DNA of 63,872 bases, the filler included, from Octopus bimaculoides (lineage: Eukaryota): NCBI RefSeq assembly GCF_001194135.2. It is 6 parts of 6 records of this genome, joined end to end, with 100 filler letters (N's around TTAATTAATTAA, not from the genome) between each part and the next. Parts side by side here need not be neighbours in the genome. Positions count along the whole stretch, not along the records: positions 41,431 to 57,687 come from NC_069006.1; positions 57,788 to 61,935 come from NC_068996.1; positions 62,036 to 63,872 come from NW_026416654.1; 3 more parts are not named here. One strand, given 5' to 3'. Both the position numbers and the translations under genes were made by a program. The notes beneath the pieces were generated by a model that saw only the letters and a program-made list of their open reading frames with translations, was not told the DNA's origin and ran no database searches. This document shows, piece after piece, positions 50,234 through 63,872 of this stretch. The first letter of the stretch is position 1. Every line of letters begins with the position of its first letter.

Positions 50234-50571
50234 AAGGGAGAGAGAGAGAGGTAGGTTGACTGATAAATAAACAGATTAATGGTGTGCTGGGAGAAAGAGA
50301 GAGAGGAAGAAAGGTAAATGGAATAAGACAGAGAGAGAGAAAGTGAGAGGAAAAGTGAGAGAGACAGAAAGTGAGAGAAAGAGAGAAACGAAGAAAGGTA
50401 GTTGGAATGAGAGAGAGGGAGAGAGAGAGAGAGGTAGAGAGAGAGAGAGAGAAATAGAGAGAGAGAAAGAGATAGAGAGAGAGAAAGATATATATAGAGA
50501 GAAAGAGATGAAGAAAGGTAGTTGGAATAAGACAGACAAATAGATAGATAGATAGATAGAGATAGAGAGAA

Positions 50572-50604
<33 letters not shown>

Positions 50605-51020
50605 ATTGAAAAAGAAAACAAAAAAAGAAGAGAGTAAATGAGAGAATGACAGAGACACAGAAAGTGACAAAGAGCAGAAAGTATGACAGGGAGAGAGAGA
50701 GAGAGAGAGAGTGGGATAGGGAGAAATAGTTGGAAAGAGAAAGATAAGAGAGAGAGAAACTCAGAATGAAAGAGAAGAAGAAAATAGTAGAATGAAAGAA
50801 TGACAGACAGACAGATACATAGATAGATAGACAAACAGACAGACCAGCCGATAGATAGATAGACAAACAGACAGACAAGCCGATAGATAGATAGACAAAC
50901 AGACAGACCAGCCGATAGATAGATAGACAAACAGACAGACAAGCCGATAGATAGATAGGAAGACAAGATAGACTGACAGAGAGATAAACCAAGAGATAGA
51001 AAGATAGATAAACAGATGAA
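48300..51020. repeat. Compound microsatellite field (CAC/CAA/CTA, ATA, GAT/GAG, GA, GATA/GACA)
   Basis: Directly visible. Source of the long low-complexity pseudo-ORFs in the ORF track. Confidence 0.95.
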
Positions 51021-51368
51021 ATCCATAAAATATTCATTCCACTCGCAATAAATACAATAAACTGGGATCATTCTTTGTAAACGATTGTAAAATCCTAACA
51101 CCCTCTTCCCTCCTCCTCCTCCTCTTCCTAACCAGTATTTCCCACTGTTTACATAACATATCATGGACAATGGAATTTTCATCATCATCATCATTATTAT
51201 TCTTATAGGCCCAGGAGTGGCTATGTGGTAAGTAGCTTGCTTACCAACCACGTGGTTCCGGGTACAGTCCCGCTGCGTGGCACCTTGGGCAAGTGTCTTC
51301 TACTCTAGCCTCGGGCCGACCAAAGCCTTGTGAGTGGATTTGGTAGACGGAAACTGAAAGAAGCCCGT

Positions 51369-51413
<45 letters not shown>

Positions 51414-52283
51414 GTGTGTGTGTGTTTGTGTGTCTGTGTCTGTCCCCCCACCATCGCTTGACAACCGATGCTGGTGTGTTTATGTCCCTGTAACTTAGCA
51501 GTTCGGCAAAAGAGATCGATAGAATAAGTACTAGGCTTCTAAAGAATAAGTCCTAGGTCGATTTGCTCGACTAAAAGGTGGTGCTCCAGCATGGCCACAG
51601 TCAAAAGACTGAAACAAGTAAAAGAGTAAAAGAGTAATCATTATTCATCATCATCATCATTGCTCTGGTATCCACTTTTCCTTGCTTACATGGAAGAATT
51701 CACTGAAGCAGATTTTCTACAGCTGGATATCCTTCTTGTTGCCAACCCTCACCTAATTCCAAGCCAGGAGATCTTTTCCTCTGGCCAGGCACACATTTCA
51801 CAGAAGAACAGAAACAAACAACATCACCTCTGTATGAAAGAGAGCTTGTTCATGGCCATCAAGACAAGGTGATGCTAGCATTTCATAGATGCCACATGAT
51901 TGGTACAATGTCTTTCAGAACCAATCTCTGTTTATGTTGTGGCATGTGGGTTCTATTGTTGCAATGAATGGCAATGGTGAAGACTAGTGACCCGGACACC
52001 AATGTTTTGAAACTGACCTATTTTCCATTACATTTAAAACAGAATCAGTGATGAGTTGCTGAAGCAGAAATATCGTTATAGCAAATATTCCGTCCAATAC
52101 CACAGATTTGCTTGTCAGTTGCTTGATCTTAACCACTTGAGCATGGCCCTTAGTGGTTGACTATACGTGCATCTTTGATGATGAGCAGGAGTAGTGGGGG
52201 AATTTGAACTCAGAACGTAGAGATGGAAGAAATGCTGCTAGGCATGTCACCCAGCGCAGTAACAATTTGGTCAACTCACTGCC

Positions 52284-52317
<34 letters not shown>

Positions 52318-52542
52318 TAATGGTTTCAAGTTTTGTCACAAGGGCAGCAGTTTTGGGGGAGGGGATGAGTCAATTACATCGATCCCCAGTATTCAACAGG
52401 TACTTATTTTATTGACCCCCTAAAGAATGAAAGGCAAAAAGGCAACCGTGGCAAAATTTCAACTCAGAGTGTAGCAACAGGCAAAATACCGGTAAGCATT
52501 TTTCCTGGTGTACTAACAAATCTACCAGCTTGCCACCTTATA

Positions 52543-52607
<65 letters not shown>

Positions 52608-52809
52608 CAATAATAATCTTTTCTACTCTAGGCACAAGGCCTGAAATTTTAGTTCGACCCCAGTACGCAACTGGTACTTAATTTATCGACCCCCGAAAGG
52701 ATGAAAGGCAAAGTCAACCTCAATGGAATTTGAACTCTGAATGTAAAGACAGACGAAACACTGCAAAGTATTTCGCTCAGTGTTCTAACATTTCTGTCAG
52801 CTCACCACC

Positions 52810-52867
<58 letters not shown>

Positions 52868-53219
52868 CCACCACTATTATCATCATTACCATCATCATCA
52901 GCAGCACTACCATCATGATCATCATTTTATGTTCACTTTTCCATTCCAGTATGAGTTAGAGGAGTTCTTTATGAGGCAAGTGTTTCACAACTGAATGTTT
53001 TTCCCATTAGCACCCACCACCCACCTTTTAGCTGCTTTTTTTTTTGTCAGACATGTTGGCACACAATATGTCTATTCTAAGAGTGAGAGTACAAGCACTT
53101 ACCCTGTAAAAAATACTTAGGGTTGGGATTGAATAAGTAGAAATAAAGAACCAATTCTCTCATTACATAAGACACAGTTGGAGCTGAAGGAGTGCAATAA
53201 AGAGAAATCTTCTTGTTTG

Positions 53220-53462
53220 ACAAATGCACAGACAAACAGGCAGGCAGAAAGACAGACAGACAGACACACAAACAGACAGCCAGGCAGGCAGAAAGACAGA
53301 CATACAAACAGACAGCCAGGCAGATAGACAGACAGACACACAAACAGACAGCCACACAAGCAGATATCAAGAGACACACACACACACACACACACACACA
53401 GTCAGGCAGATAGAAAGACAGACACACAAACAGACAGCCACGCAAGCAGATATCAAGAGACA

Positions 53463-53502
<40 letters not shown>

Positions 53503-54387
53503 TATGCACATACGGTTAAATCAATCCAGCTCCGATATACAAATACAACAAAAGTGATACAGTTCTTGGTAGCGAGAAAGAATTGTATAAAGCATCGATA
53601 AATCTAAGAGAAAACACCAAAAAATATTATTTTGAAATCTTAAGACGAAATTATATAACAGAAAAAGAAATAAAAAAATAAAGAATTTGAAAAATAAATA
53701 TTAAATATTTTTCAAAAAAATAAGAAAAATATGATTTAATAACAAGAAGAAAAAAAATTTATGCTTTAACTCTTTAATCTGAATAGGAACAAAATTTTCA
53801 GCAAAAGGTTTTTGATTGATTTATTTTTTTAATACATACAAATTTGCTACAGTGGCATGTGTATGTATGTATTTATATGAGTGTCTGTGTGTATATACAT
53901 GATATATGTATGTATATATATATATGTGTGTTTTTATATATACACACACATATTTTTATACACACACACATACATATATACATATATATATACATATATA
54001 TACATATATACATATATCTTTATATATACATATACATACATATATATATACATATATACACATACATACACATATATATATATCTATATATATACATATA
54101 CATACATAGATACATATATATATACATACATATACATAGATACATATATATATACATACATATACATACATACATATATATATACATACATATACATACA
54201 TTCATATACATATATATATCTATATACATACATATATATACATACATAAACATACATTCATATACATATATGTATATATATATATATAACATATACATAC
54301 ATACAGACACAACCATAAATTTCTTACATATTCAATGCTGGCATGTCAAGAATTGATTTTAACAAGAAAGTATACAAACACATGCAC

Positions 54388-54461
<74 letters not shown>

Positions 54462-54640
54462 ATATATATATATATATATACATATATATACATATATATA
54501 CATATATATACATATACACATATATACATATATACATACATGCTTACACTCACACACACATAGACGTGTATACATACATACATACTATACTTATACACAC
54601 ACACACACACACATTAGCTTTCACACACACACACATACAG
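53220..54640. repeat. Compound microsatellite field (GACA, CA, TACA/TATACA, TG, TA)
   Basis: Directly visible. Confidence 0.95.
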
Positions 54641-55390
54641 TTTTCATGAACGTTAATCTGACAACCACTGAACAACAGAACTAAATGTTCAAATTCAAGA
54701 TTAACTCCCCTTCCTCTCCTCTGTCACTTCACCACGACCCCCACCTCTCTCTCCCTCTCTCTCCTTCTCTCTTTCTCCCTCTCTCTCCTCCCTAGCTCCC
54801 ACACCAACCCACAACACATTTCTAGCTGTCTTGTACATGTGACCTCTTCCTCCTCCTCCCTCTTAGCCGACACCCTCCAACAACCCACACCTCACAAACC
54901 ATATTTGTCTTTCGTTTTCTTCTCTATTTATTTGAAAAAATTCTTCAATTTATATTTCAAAACTGGAGAGGAAGAGAGACAAAGAGAGCGAGAGAGAGAG
55001 AGAAGAGAGGGGGGAGGGGGAGGTGAGAGTGGGCACAAAGAAAGAGGAGAGATACAAAGAGGAAGAGAGGGGGGGAGGGAGGTGAGAGTGGGCACAAAGA
55101 AAGAGAAGGAGAGATACAAAGAAGAGGAAGAGAGAGAGAGGAGAGAGGGAGAAGTCCAATCCACCCTTGCCCCACCCAACTACACCATCTTTCCCCCCAN
55201 NNNNNNNNNNNNNNNNNNNNNNNNNNNNNNNNNNNNNNNNNNNNNNNNNNNNNNNNNNNNNNNNNNNNNNNNNNNNNNNNNNNNNNNNNNNNNNNNNNNN
55301 NNNNNNNNNNNNNAAATTAAGCATCTGACACATGATCTATTGTTAGAGTAAGAATTAGGAAAATTATTTCTTCAGCAACAGTAACAGCAT

Positions 55391-55428
<38 letters not shown>

Positions 55429-56044
55429 GCTCGTGGCTTAGTGATTAGGGTGTCAGAGACATGATTGCAAGATTGCAGTTTCAATTCTTGGACAAGGCTG
55501 TGTGTTGTGTTCTTGAGCAAGACACTTTATCTCACCGTTGCTCCAGTTCAATCAGCTGTAGAAATGAGTTGCAACATCACTGGTGCCCAACTGTATTGGC
55601 CCCTTTGCCTTTCCCTTGGATAACATCAGTGGTGTGGAGAAGGGAGGCTGGTCTTCCATAAACAACCTTGCCCAGAATTGTGCCTAGGAGGGGAAATTTC
55701 TAGAACAGATGTAGGGGGGAAAAAAAAGTGTAGAAAAACAAACATGTCTGAATTAACAGTTGCACAAGTTGAGACGTATATATATGTATATGCATGCATA
55801 TATGCATGCATATATGTATGCATATATGTATACACATGTATATATGTACAGAGAGGTGTGTGTCTTTGTGTATGTATTTGTCCTCACCACAATCAGTGTC
55901 AATTTGCTTACATCTCAATGACTTGGTAGTTCAGCAAAAACGACTGATAGAAGAAGTATGAGACTTAAAAAAAAAACGACTGGGGTCAATCTGAGTAAAA
56001 CCCTTCAAGGCAGTGCCCCAGCGTGGCCATAGTCCAACAATTGA

Positions 56045-56089
<45 letters not shown>

Positions 56090-57963
56090 GGCATGGTTGT
56101 GTGATAAGAAGCTTGCTTCCCAGCCACAAGGTTCTGGGTTCAGTCCCATTGCATGGCATCTTGGAAAAGTGTCTTTTAATATAGCCTCAGGTCAACCAAA
56201 GTCCTGTGAGTGGATTTGGTACACAGGAACTGAATGAAGCCCATTGTATATACATATATATCCCCCACCACTGCTTGACAACTGGTGTTGGTTTATGTCC
56301 CTATAACATAGCAGTTCAGCAAAAGAGACTGATAGAATAAGTACCAGGCTTAATAAAAAAAAGTACTGGGGGTTGATTCATTCAACTAAAGCTTCTTCAT
56401 GATGGTGCCCCAGCTTGGCCAGAGATTAATGATTAAAACAACTCAAAGGTAAAAGGATATACATATTCAAGCTTCACAATTTATCAACAAAACAAAAAAG
56501 ATAGTGTTATTTTATACACAATGTCGAGTAAATACTTTCTTTGAACAAACAGGACCACATTCTTTTCTCCTGAGTCAAATTTTATGCTAGCACTTTGATT
56601 GGTTTTATATACATATAAAAGAGTACATTATTTTTCTCTTTTGATTTTATTTTCATTGGCTGGTTTGTCATGTGGATTGGTTGTCATTAGTTCATCTGTC
56701 AATGCATTGCTTGTTCTGTTTTTCATTGGTTGGTTTTGTTGTGGTTTGGCTGCATACTCACTTTATGATTTTTCCTAAATATCATTTCCTTGTTGTCAGT
56801 TTAAAGGTGATTGCATCTGTGTTTGTGCATTGCTGTAACACATCCTGTTTTTCTAAACTATATCATGTTTTTTACAAGAGTTTCTAATTTGTCTATCACT
56901 TAGCTATTGGTAGGTTCATTTAATTCACTCATTCATATCCTGTTTCACTGCCCTTATCATTGTATATAGTTCATAAATTACGTTGTATCTGGCATTGTTA
57001 AAGACGCTTCTGATACACTCATGTTTGTCCCATTATTTTCAATGACCTGCCCAGGGATAAGTGTTTGATACAGTCATTAGCTAATTTGTTTAATTGTTAA
57101 CCATCTTGACATTATCTTCATGTTGTTTTCAAGGTTCTCATCTTAATTTATTATGGAAATTGGTCAATGGATAGAATTTCTCACGGGCCAATTTAGCACT
57201 CATTACATCAGTATCATTATCATTTTAATAGGCACCTTGATCAAGTGTCTTCTACTATAACCATGTGGTAGGGAAGCAAGCTTCTTACCACACAGCTACA
57301 CCTGCACCTTTTTAAATATATTTATTTTTTCAGCCTCTTTTGCCAAACTCCTAAGTTACAAGGATGTAAACAAACCAGCACAGATTGTCAAGTAGGTGGG
57401 GGGGGGGGCTAACAGAACACATACCAGATAAAAAATTAAGTACTGGGGAGGTGATTTGTTTCACTAAACCCTTCAAAGAGGTGCTCCAGCATGGTTGTAG
57501 TCCAATGAGTGAAACAAGCTAAAGACAAATGACAGAAACATTTTGGTAAGCGAGCTGGCAGAAGCGATAGCACGCTGGGCGAAATGCTTAGCAGTATTTT
57601 GTCTGTCTTTACATTCTGAGTTCAAATTCCGCCGAGGTCGACTTTGCCTTTCATCCTTTTGGGGTCGATAAATAAAGTACTAGTTACNNNNNNNNNNNNN
57701 NNNNNNNNNNNNNNNNNNNNNNNNNNNNNNNTTAATTAATTAANNNNNNNNNNNNNNNNNNNNNNNNNNNNNNNNNNNNNNNNNNNNTGTATATGCTCCA
57801 CAAGGGAAAACAAGGAACATAGTTTACAATGAGGTGTTATAATCACAACAGCAAGAAAGTATGTACGTGATCACCTTCTTTTACGAAACTTCATTGACTT
57901 TCATATATTTATATTGATATACATATATATATACGTGTGTTTGGGTGTGTGTGTGTATATACA

Positions 57964-58054
57964 TCTCTATATATAAAGATGATGCGTAGTCTAGACAGCG
58001 TTTTTAGATTTCATTATTCTCTTTAACCCGGGCAACGCCGGGTATTTCTGCTAG
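57964..58054 (+). mobile_element. 91-bp mini-Helitron
   Basis: A|TCTCTATATATAAAG start, subterminal hairpin cccgggcaacgccggg (58027-58042), CTAG|T end, A-T target, no TSD. Confidence 0.75.
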
Positions 58055-58603
58055 TTCTTTATGTTTCTGAATGTTTGTAATATATTTATTTTAGAGTTGG
58101 TAATTGTTTATGGGAAATACAATGTCTTATTTAGTAGAGATTTGGTGATTTTATGTCCTCCAGAGAATAATTCATTGATGCTATCTGTATCTGCCAACAA
58201 TTTTCGTTCATTCATGTAACACACTGCCTTGGATTGGGAATGGCATTCTTTGTATTTAGACCTTTTGACTATGTTTTAAGTGTAGGGGAAAAGTGTATTT
58301 AAAACAGTCTCCAATTCAATCACTTTGGGGATTTTCACAGAATGGTATCAGTCACTATTATAGTTAGGATGCATACTTTACACTAACTCTTACGTTCCTG
58401 AAATGTGGTAATTAGGTGACCTCTTTTTTGTTATTTCAGGTTCTTACTGGTCAAGTTCAATGGAGAATTATGAATCAAATAACCATTATGAATCAAGTAA
58501 CAAGATATTATTAGAAGGGATATATATAAGCAAAAATTGATTAGTGGCAGGAAAAACAAAAGTAGTTTGTAGTGAAGCTTCTCTCCACTCTCAGTTATAT
58601 ATA

Positions 58604-59602
58604 TGTGAATGTAGACGTAGCAGATAACAGCTAGCCTTTGGCCGCATCTTTGGACTCAGTTGTGTCCACCACTCTGATTAGTTGGTATTGGTGCATTTTT
58701 GTATCTTGTTCTATTTTGTGCCAGGGTACATACCAACCAATCACAGCCTTCTGATGGGGTCGCGTGGAACTTTTTTCTGAACCCCTGTTTGAGCCGATTA
58801 TTTCTCTTAAATAGCTAGCTTGTCTGTGCTAAGTTTGTCATGGTTTCAGACCTTCTGAGGTCTAGGCGCTGACCACAGAGCACCAGCCAGTTCCAGTGAC
58901 GACAAGACACAGCTTCATGGAAATCCAACACTTTGTACAACACTTTACTGCAAACTCCATCTTCGTCGCCGCTTCCAGCTTCTTAGCATCTACACCAACG
59001 TTCACACCACCAACAGCGCCCGCACAGGTTCACTCAATACTGTTTGTGAAATATCTTCACCAAGGTTAACAGAATTCAACCTGCAAGAACTCCTGTACCA
59101 AGTAACTGGCCACAGCATTGAAACCTCAACTTCTTACACGACATGTGTCTTACTTCGGCTCTGCCTTCAACGCCACAAACTCTTGGTACAGCACTTCTAC
59201 TACTGTGTACCTTAGATACAAACTGGTATTTCACATCCTTGTGTCTGGACTTTTAACATTCTTATTATAGACTGTTTTCTATGCTCTGTATTTCTTGCAT
59301 TCATATACATATTTGTATACACACACACTCTTTGTTTACACGACAGCCTGTCTTATATTGTGTTTTATGTTGCATTCACACCCACACAGATGTTCTAGTT
59401 GACAACTAATAAAACCTTATTTTTATACATTTTTACTGGTTGAGTCTCTCTCTTTTCTTGTTGGCACTTAACTCATTTTTACCTCATTCCATCTTTTGTC
59501 TTTATATTTGCGCCGACCGTGCGATGTGCTAAAGGAACCATTCCTTCGTCACCATCTCCTGTGGAAAAGTCTTGTGTTTACTTTACATGACTTAATTTCA
59601 CA
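58604..59602 (+). mobile_element. LTR-like element (~1 kb), probably a solo LTR
   Basis: TGTGAA...TTCACA ends, GC-richer than the flanks, AATAAA at ~59407, T-rich 3' part. No convincing TSD, so the ends are uncertain. Confidence 0.45.
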
Positions 59603-59689
59603 GGAAATTATATTTGTGAATATGACTCTGAATACACATCTAGTCATAACACATACTGTATTGGTACAATTAGTGACCTATTGATGTTT

Positions 59690-60540
59690 GGAAAGGCAAG
59701 ACTAGTTTCTGGAAGATGATGCTGCAATTTGTGACTTGCTTCAAAGAAAAAGAAGCTTTAATGACAATTTCTTGCTCAATCTCTCAATCCTAATTGCAAT
59801 GAAGTCTTCAAAAGCCTAAAATCTGTCATACAAAATAGTTTGAGAAATAGTTTGCTGCACAAGGATAGGGAAAATAATAAAGGGTTATATTCTTTTTTAA
59901 AGGAGATCTTTGGACTTGAGTCATCAAGCATTGCACCTGTATGCTCAAAAGAGGGTTCAATAATTTATAAAGATCAGTTCAAAAGTGCTGGATGAAACAT
60001 TACTCAGAATTTCTCAATAAACATTCTATTCAACAGCAACCCATCAAGAGGAAATGGTGTCAAGCAGTAAGAAATCTAAATAACAATAAGGTGCCTGGTA
60101 TAGATGGCATCAATGGAGCGCTTCTTAAGTGTGGAGGGGAGAAATGATTGACTGTAACTTATTGATAGTTCTTCAAAAGAATGAAGAAGTTCCACAAGAC
60201 TGAGTAGATGCAGTTCTTCTATCACTATTCAAATAAGATCCAAAAGATCAATGCAGAAATTTTCATGTAATACCTGTTCTATCAGCTGTGGAAGTAAGTG
60301 CTAGCCCATTTACTTTAGGCACAACTAAATAAACATAATGTTCCAACTTTTGTTCCAGAATCCCAATGCAAGTTCAGATCATCTTGGGAGACAGCTGGTA
60401 TAATATTTACTGTTCATCAACTTCAGGAAAGGTGTGCTGAACAAAATATGCCTTTGTATGACTGTTTTGTGGATCTTTGAAGCTATTTGATACTGCAAAT
60501 AGGGATGCATTCTGGATTGTTTTGAAAAAGTATGAATCAT
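59690..60540 (+). mobile_element. Degraded RTE (BovB-type) LINE, RT N-terminal half
   Basis: NNKVPGIDGI, PESQCKFR, IFTVHQLQERCAEQNMPLYDCFVDL..LFDTANRDAFW. Confidence 0.75.
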
Positions 60541-61076
60541 CATCATTGTTTAACGTCTTCCTTCCATGCTGGCTTGGGTTGGATGATTTGACAGGCACTG
60601 GCCAGGCAGGTGCCTGCACCATGCTTCTGTGTCTCTTTTGGCATGATTTTAAAACAGACACAGAAGCATGGCGCAGGCTCCTGCCTGGCCAGTGCCTGTC
60701 AAATCATACAACCCATATCAGCATGGAAAGAGGATGTTATTGCATAAAGAGATGAAGGCTAGAATTAACTTTGTTGGTATTCTTTCAGAACTGTGGAAAA
60801 CAGTGTAAAGCTAGGTGATCTTGATGTTCCAACACTTTGCACTGTTTGTAATACAAATCTCAAACAGCTTTCAAGGCTCAAAGACCACTTATGTGAAAAA
60901 GCACATTTAACAAAAAGTGGTTAAGCTTTAAATTGGAGCAAACTACCTATACACACACACACACACATGTATATATATTATATATGTGTGTGTATGTGTG
61001 TATGTGTTTGTATATATGTATGTGTGCATATATGTGTGTATGTATGCATGCATTATTTAAGTATATGTGAGTGAAC

Positions 61077-61112
<36 letters not shown>

Positions 61113-61637
61113 GAGAGAGTGAGAGAGAAAGAGCATGTTTGTGTGTAAGTGAACAGATTATCTATAGGTCAATTCTATCGTTAAACATTAAAATCTTTAA
61201 TTAGCATCTAACCCAAATCAAAGCACCACCCACCAAACAAAACAGTAGGGTGCAGCCCTGAAAAGTAGTAAAATTCTTCCACTTGTAACCTAATCTGGTA
61301 ACACTGCAGCTGACATACAGAGATTTTTTACTCCTCTCTCTTTATTTATTTATTATTTTGGTGGCAAGTTACAGTAGCTATTTGTTTAGTTTGAAATACT
61401 TTTTTCTTCTGAGGTAAAATAATAATCTTTTCAAAGTCGTTTAGGTCATTGGACTGTGGTTATGCTGGGGCACCACTTGAAGTAATCTAAAAATCAGCCC
61501 CAGTACTTATTAGGTCTGTTACTTATTTTATTGGGTTCTTTTGTTGAACAGCTAAGTTATGGGTTATAAACAAACCGACACTGACTATTAAGTGGTGATG
61601 GTGGTGTAGCAAACAAAAGACAAAGACATACATATAG

Positions 61638-61677
<40 letters not shown>

Positions 61678-62035
61678 ACACACACTGGCTTCCACGCAGT
61701 TTCTATCTATAAAATTCACTCAAGGCTTTTGTCAGTCCAGAGCTATAATGGAAGACACTTGCCCTAGATGCTACACAGTGGGAATGAACCCAAGACCACA
61801 TGATTGGGGAGCAAGCTTTTTAATCACACAGCTATGCTGATGTTTTTGTATATATATATATAGATAGATAGATAGAAAAAACTTACTTGGAAGAGGATGC
61901 ATGGCATTCAATCATATAATAATATAAGTAATATANNNNNNNNNNNNNNNNNNNNNNNNNNNNNNNNNNNNNNNNNNNNTTAATTAATTAANNNNNNNNN
62001 NNNNNNNNNNNNNNNNNNNNNNNNNNNNNNNNNNN

Positions 62036-62080
<45 letters not shown>

Positions 62081-63179
62081 ATATATGTGTATATGCATGC
62101 ATACATACATACATGCATAAAATATTTATATATGTATATGTACGTATATTCTCCTGGGAAAGGATTGAAAATGTCGGTGGTCGACATAAAAAAAATCCCA
62201 TTTTATGGCGAAAATGCATGTCTTGGTCACACCGTAAAATATATACAAAATGATAATACAAAACACAAAAACAAAATGTATACACGTACATCACTAAAAC
62301 ATATACATATATTCAAACACAAATATAGCATATAAACCATATACATACGTATATATAAGGACATCCCATATCACTTAGGAGAAAAAATATATATATAATA
62401 AACGTAAAAATAATTCTATACGCACTACCGGTATATATAAACATTGTACTGAGTACGTTTGGTCAGTCTAGATCCCGCTATCTGCACTAATTGGCCACAC
62501 CCCAGCCTTTCTAAGTATCGTTTTTTGCTCGAAACACCCCTGACGACGTTTCAGCACTGAAATAGCCTGTAAAGTGCAGCTCTCGTTGCTGTATTTATGG
62601 AAAGCTATGGGAGATATTTTGCAGTTATTTTTTTGTAGATTGTTGTTTTGTTATTGCATATATTGACAGAAACACACACACACACACGCACGCACGCACG
62701 CACAAACACGAAACATAGCCCACACGCACATGCGACCATTCCATCTATTAGTCAGACATGCTGTATCTCGGACAACGTTAAATACTATATAATACTAGTA
62801 TCTGTGGCTATGGTTGTTGTTGTTGTTCAGCCCTAGGCGAGTCCTGATCCAGGCAGACCTATGACCAAAGACGTTCTAGCTGTGACCATCCCATCTTTTA
62901 TTCAGACATAGTGTATCTTGGACTACATTATCTAATGTATAGTATGGCAGCCGGTATTAGTGGCTATAATTGCTGTTTAGCCCCATGGCCGCTTATTTAG
63001 AAGCGGCCATGCTGGAGCTTCACCTTAAATAATTTTACTCGAACGAATCGACCCCTGGGCTTTGTTTTAACGCCTGATACTTATTCTGTCTCGTTTGCCA
63101 AACCGCTACGTTACGGGAACGTCAACACAACATCACCGGTTGTCAATCTGTGTGGGGACTAACATGTTAGTTGATGCTT

Positions 63180-63218
<39 letters not shown>

Positions 63219-63654
63219 TATACACATTACTTCTTTGGGTTTCCTTAACTCTGTCTACGTGAGGTTGTGTATACACTTCCATATATGTACATAAATATGC
63301 GTACATACATAACTATATAAATATACGTACATGCATACATACCTACACACATACACACGCACACACACGCACACATATATATATGCATACAAACAAATAT
63401 ACATCCATATATGATTTGGAAGGGAGTGGTGCCAAATTTGCATATTAAATATCTAATTTACATATAAGTGCGGAGTATAGATGTAAAATATAAAGTGTCC
63501 TGAGACAAACGGAAACGTATAACTGACATTAGAGCCTGTGGCTTGAACTCACGAAATGTTGATAAAAACATTTAAAATTCACCAAAGGATTCTTAAAAAC
63601 ACACTATAAACGTATATGAATGACTATGAATATGCATGACTTGATATTTATATA

Positions 63655-63695
<41 letters not shown>

Positions 63696-63739
63696 GTACT
63701 TATGTATATATATGTATATCTATGTATATATATGTAAAT

Positions 63740-63872
63740 ATATGCATATATGTATATGTATATTATATGTATATGTATATTATATATATATGTATATTAT
63801 ATATATATGTATATTATATATATATGTATATTATATATATATGTATATTATATATATATGTATATTATATAT
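63740..63872. repeat. AT-rich minisatellite (tatgtatattatatata, 19-21 bp units)
   Basis: Directly visible at the window end. Confidence 0.85.

Noticed and set aside
49345-51251. Long ORFs of 149-493 aa (poly-I/L/M, LSLSLS, YLSIYL)
   Set aside because: Translations of microsatellite fields, partly across N gaps; no domain content.
54998-55135. 60-bp tandem duplication in a GA-rich tract
   Set aside because: Ordinary slippage duplication in low-complexity sequence.
62530-62600. CTGACGA...GAAA hammerhead-like words
   Set aside because: No consistent stems I-III or NUH site; the GAAAC/GTTTC pairing gives an ordinary hairpin instead.

Overview
Eukaryotic, AT-rich, repeat-dense scaffold window. 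The SINE/LINE families and extreme microsatellite load look like a coleoid cephalopod, probably Octopus (inference from repeat recognition). It contains many N gaps, five of them carrying an artificial TTAATTAATTAA spacer. Three host genes can be supported. (1) The last coding exon of a mitochondrial carrier, most like the ornithine transporter SLC25A15 (+, 441-571). (2) An intronless 405-aa ankyrin-repeat/SOCS-box (ASB-type) gene (-, 15832-17049). (3) A spliced gene that the ORF track does not show as a gene (-, about 29201-37526): a putative signal peptide, a linker exon, and three phase-1/phase-1 exons each encoding one copy of a 4-Cys module (C-x5-C-x3-G-x6/8-C-x4-C). This candidate secreted disulfide-rich modular protein is the most novel item; its 3' end is unresolved. 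The rest is a layered transposon record: a Mag-like Gypsy element with 5-bp TSD holding a nested solo LTR and a Buster-hAT relic, a TIR-to-TIR Chapaev3-type element plus a second relic, two copies of a rearranged 5'/5' mariner derivative, four R4/Dong-type RLE LINE fragments (two abutting (AAT)n), CR1-group and RTE LINEs, a Penelope-type terminal repeat with a hammerhead-like motif, hAT/piggyBac/Tc1 MITEs, Helitron ends, a 219-bp near-perfect palindrome and many SINEs. All family assignments are by eye from motifs; no database search was run.
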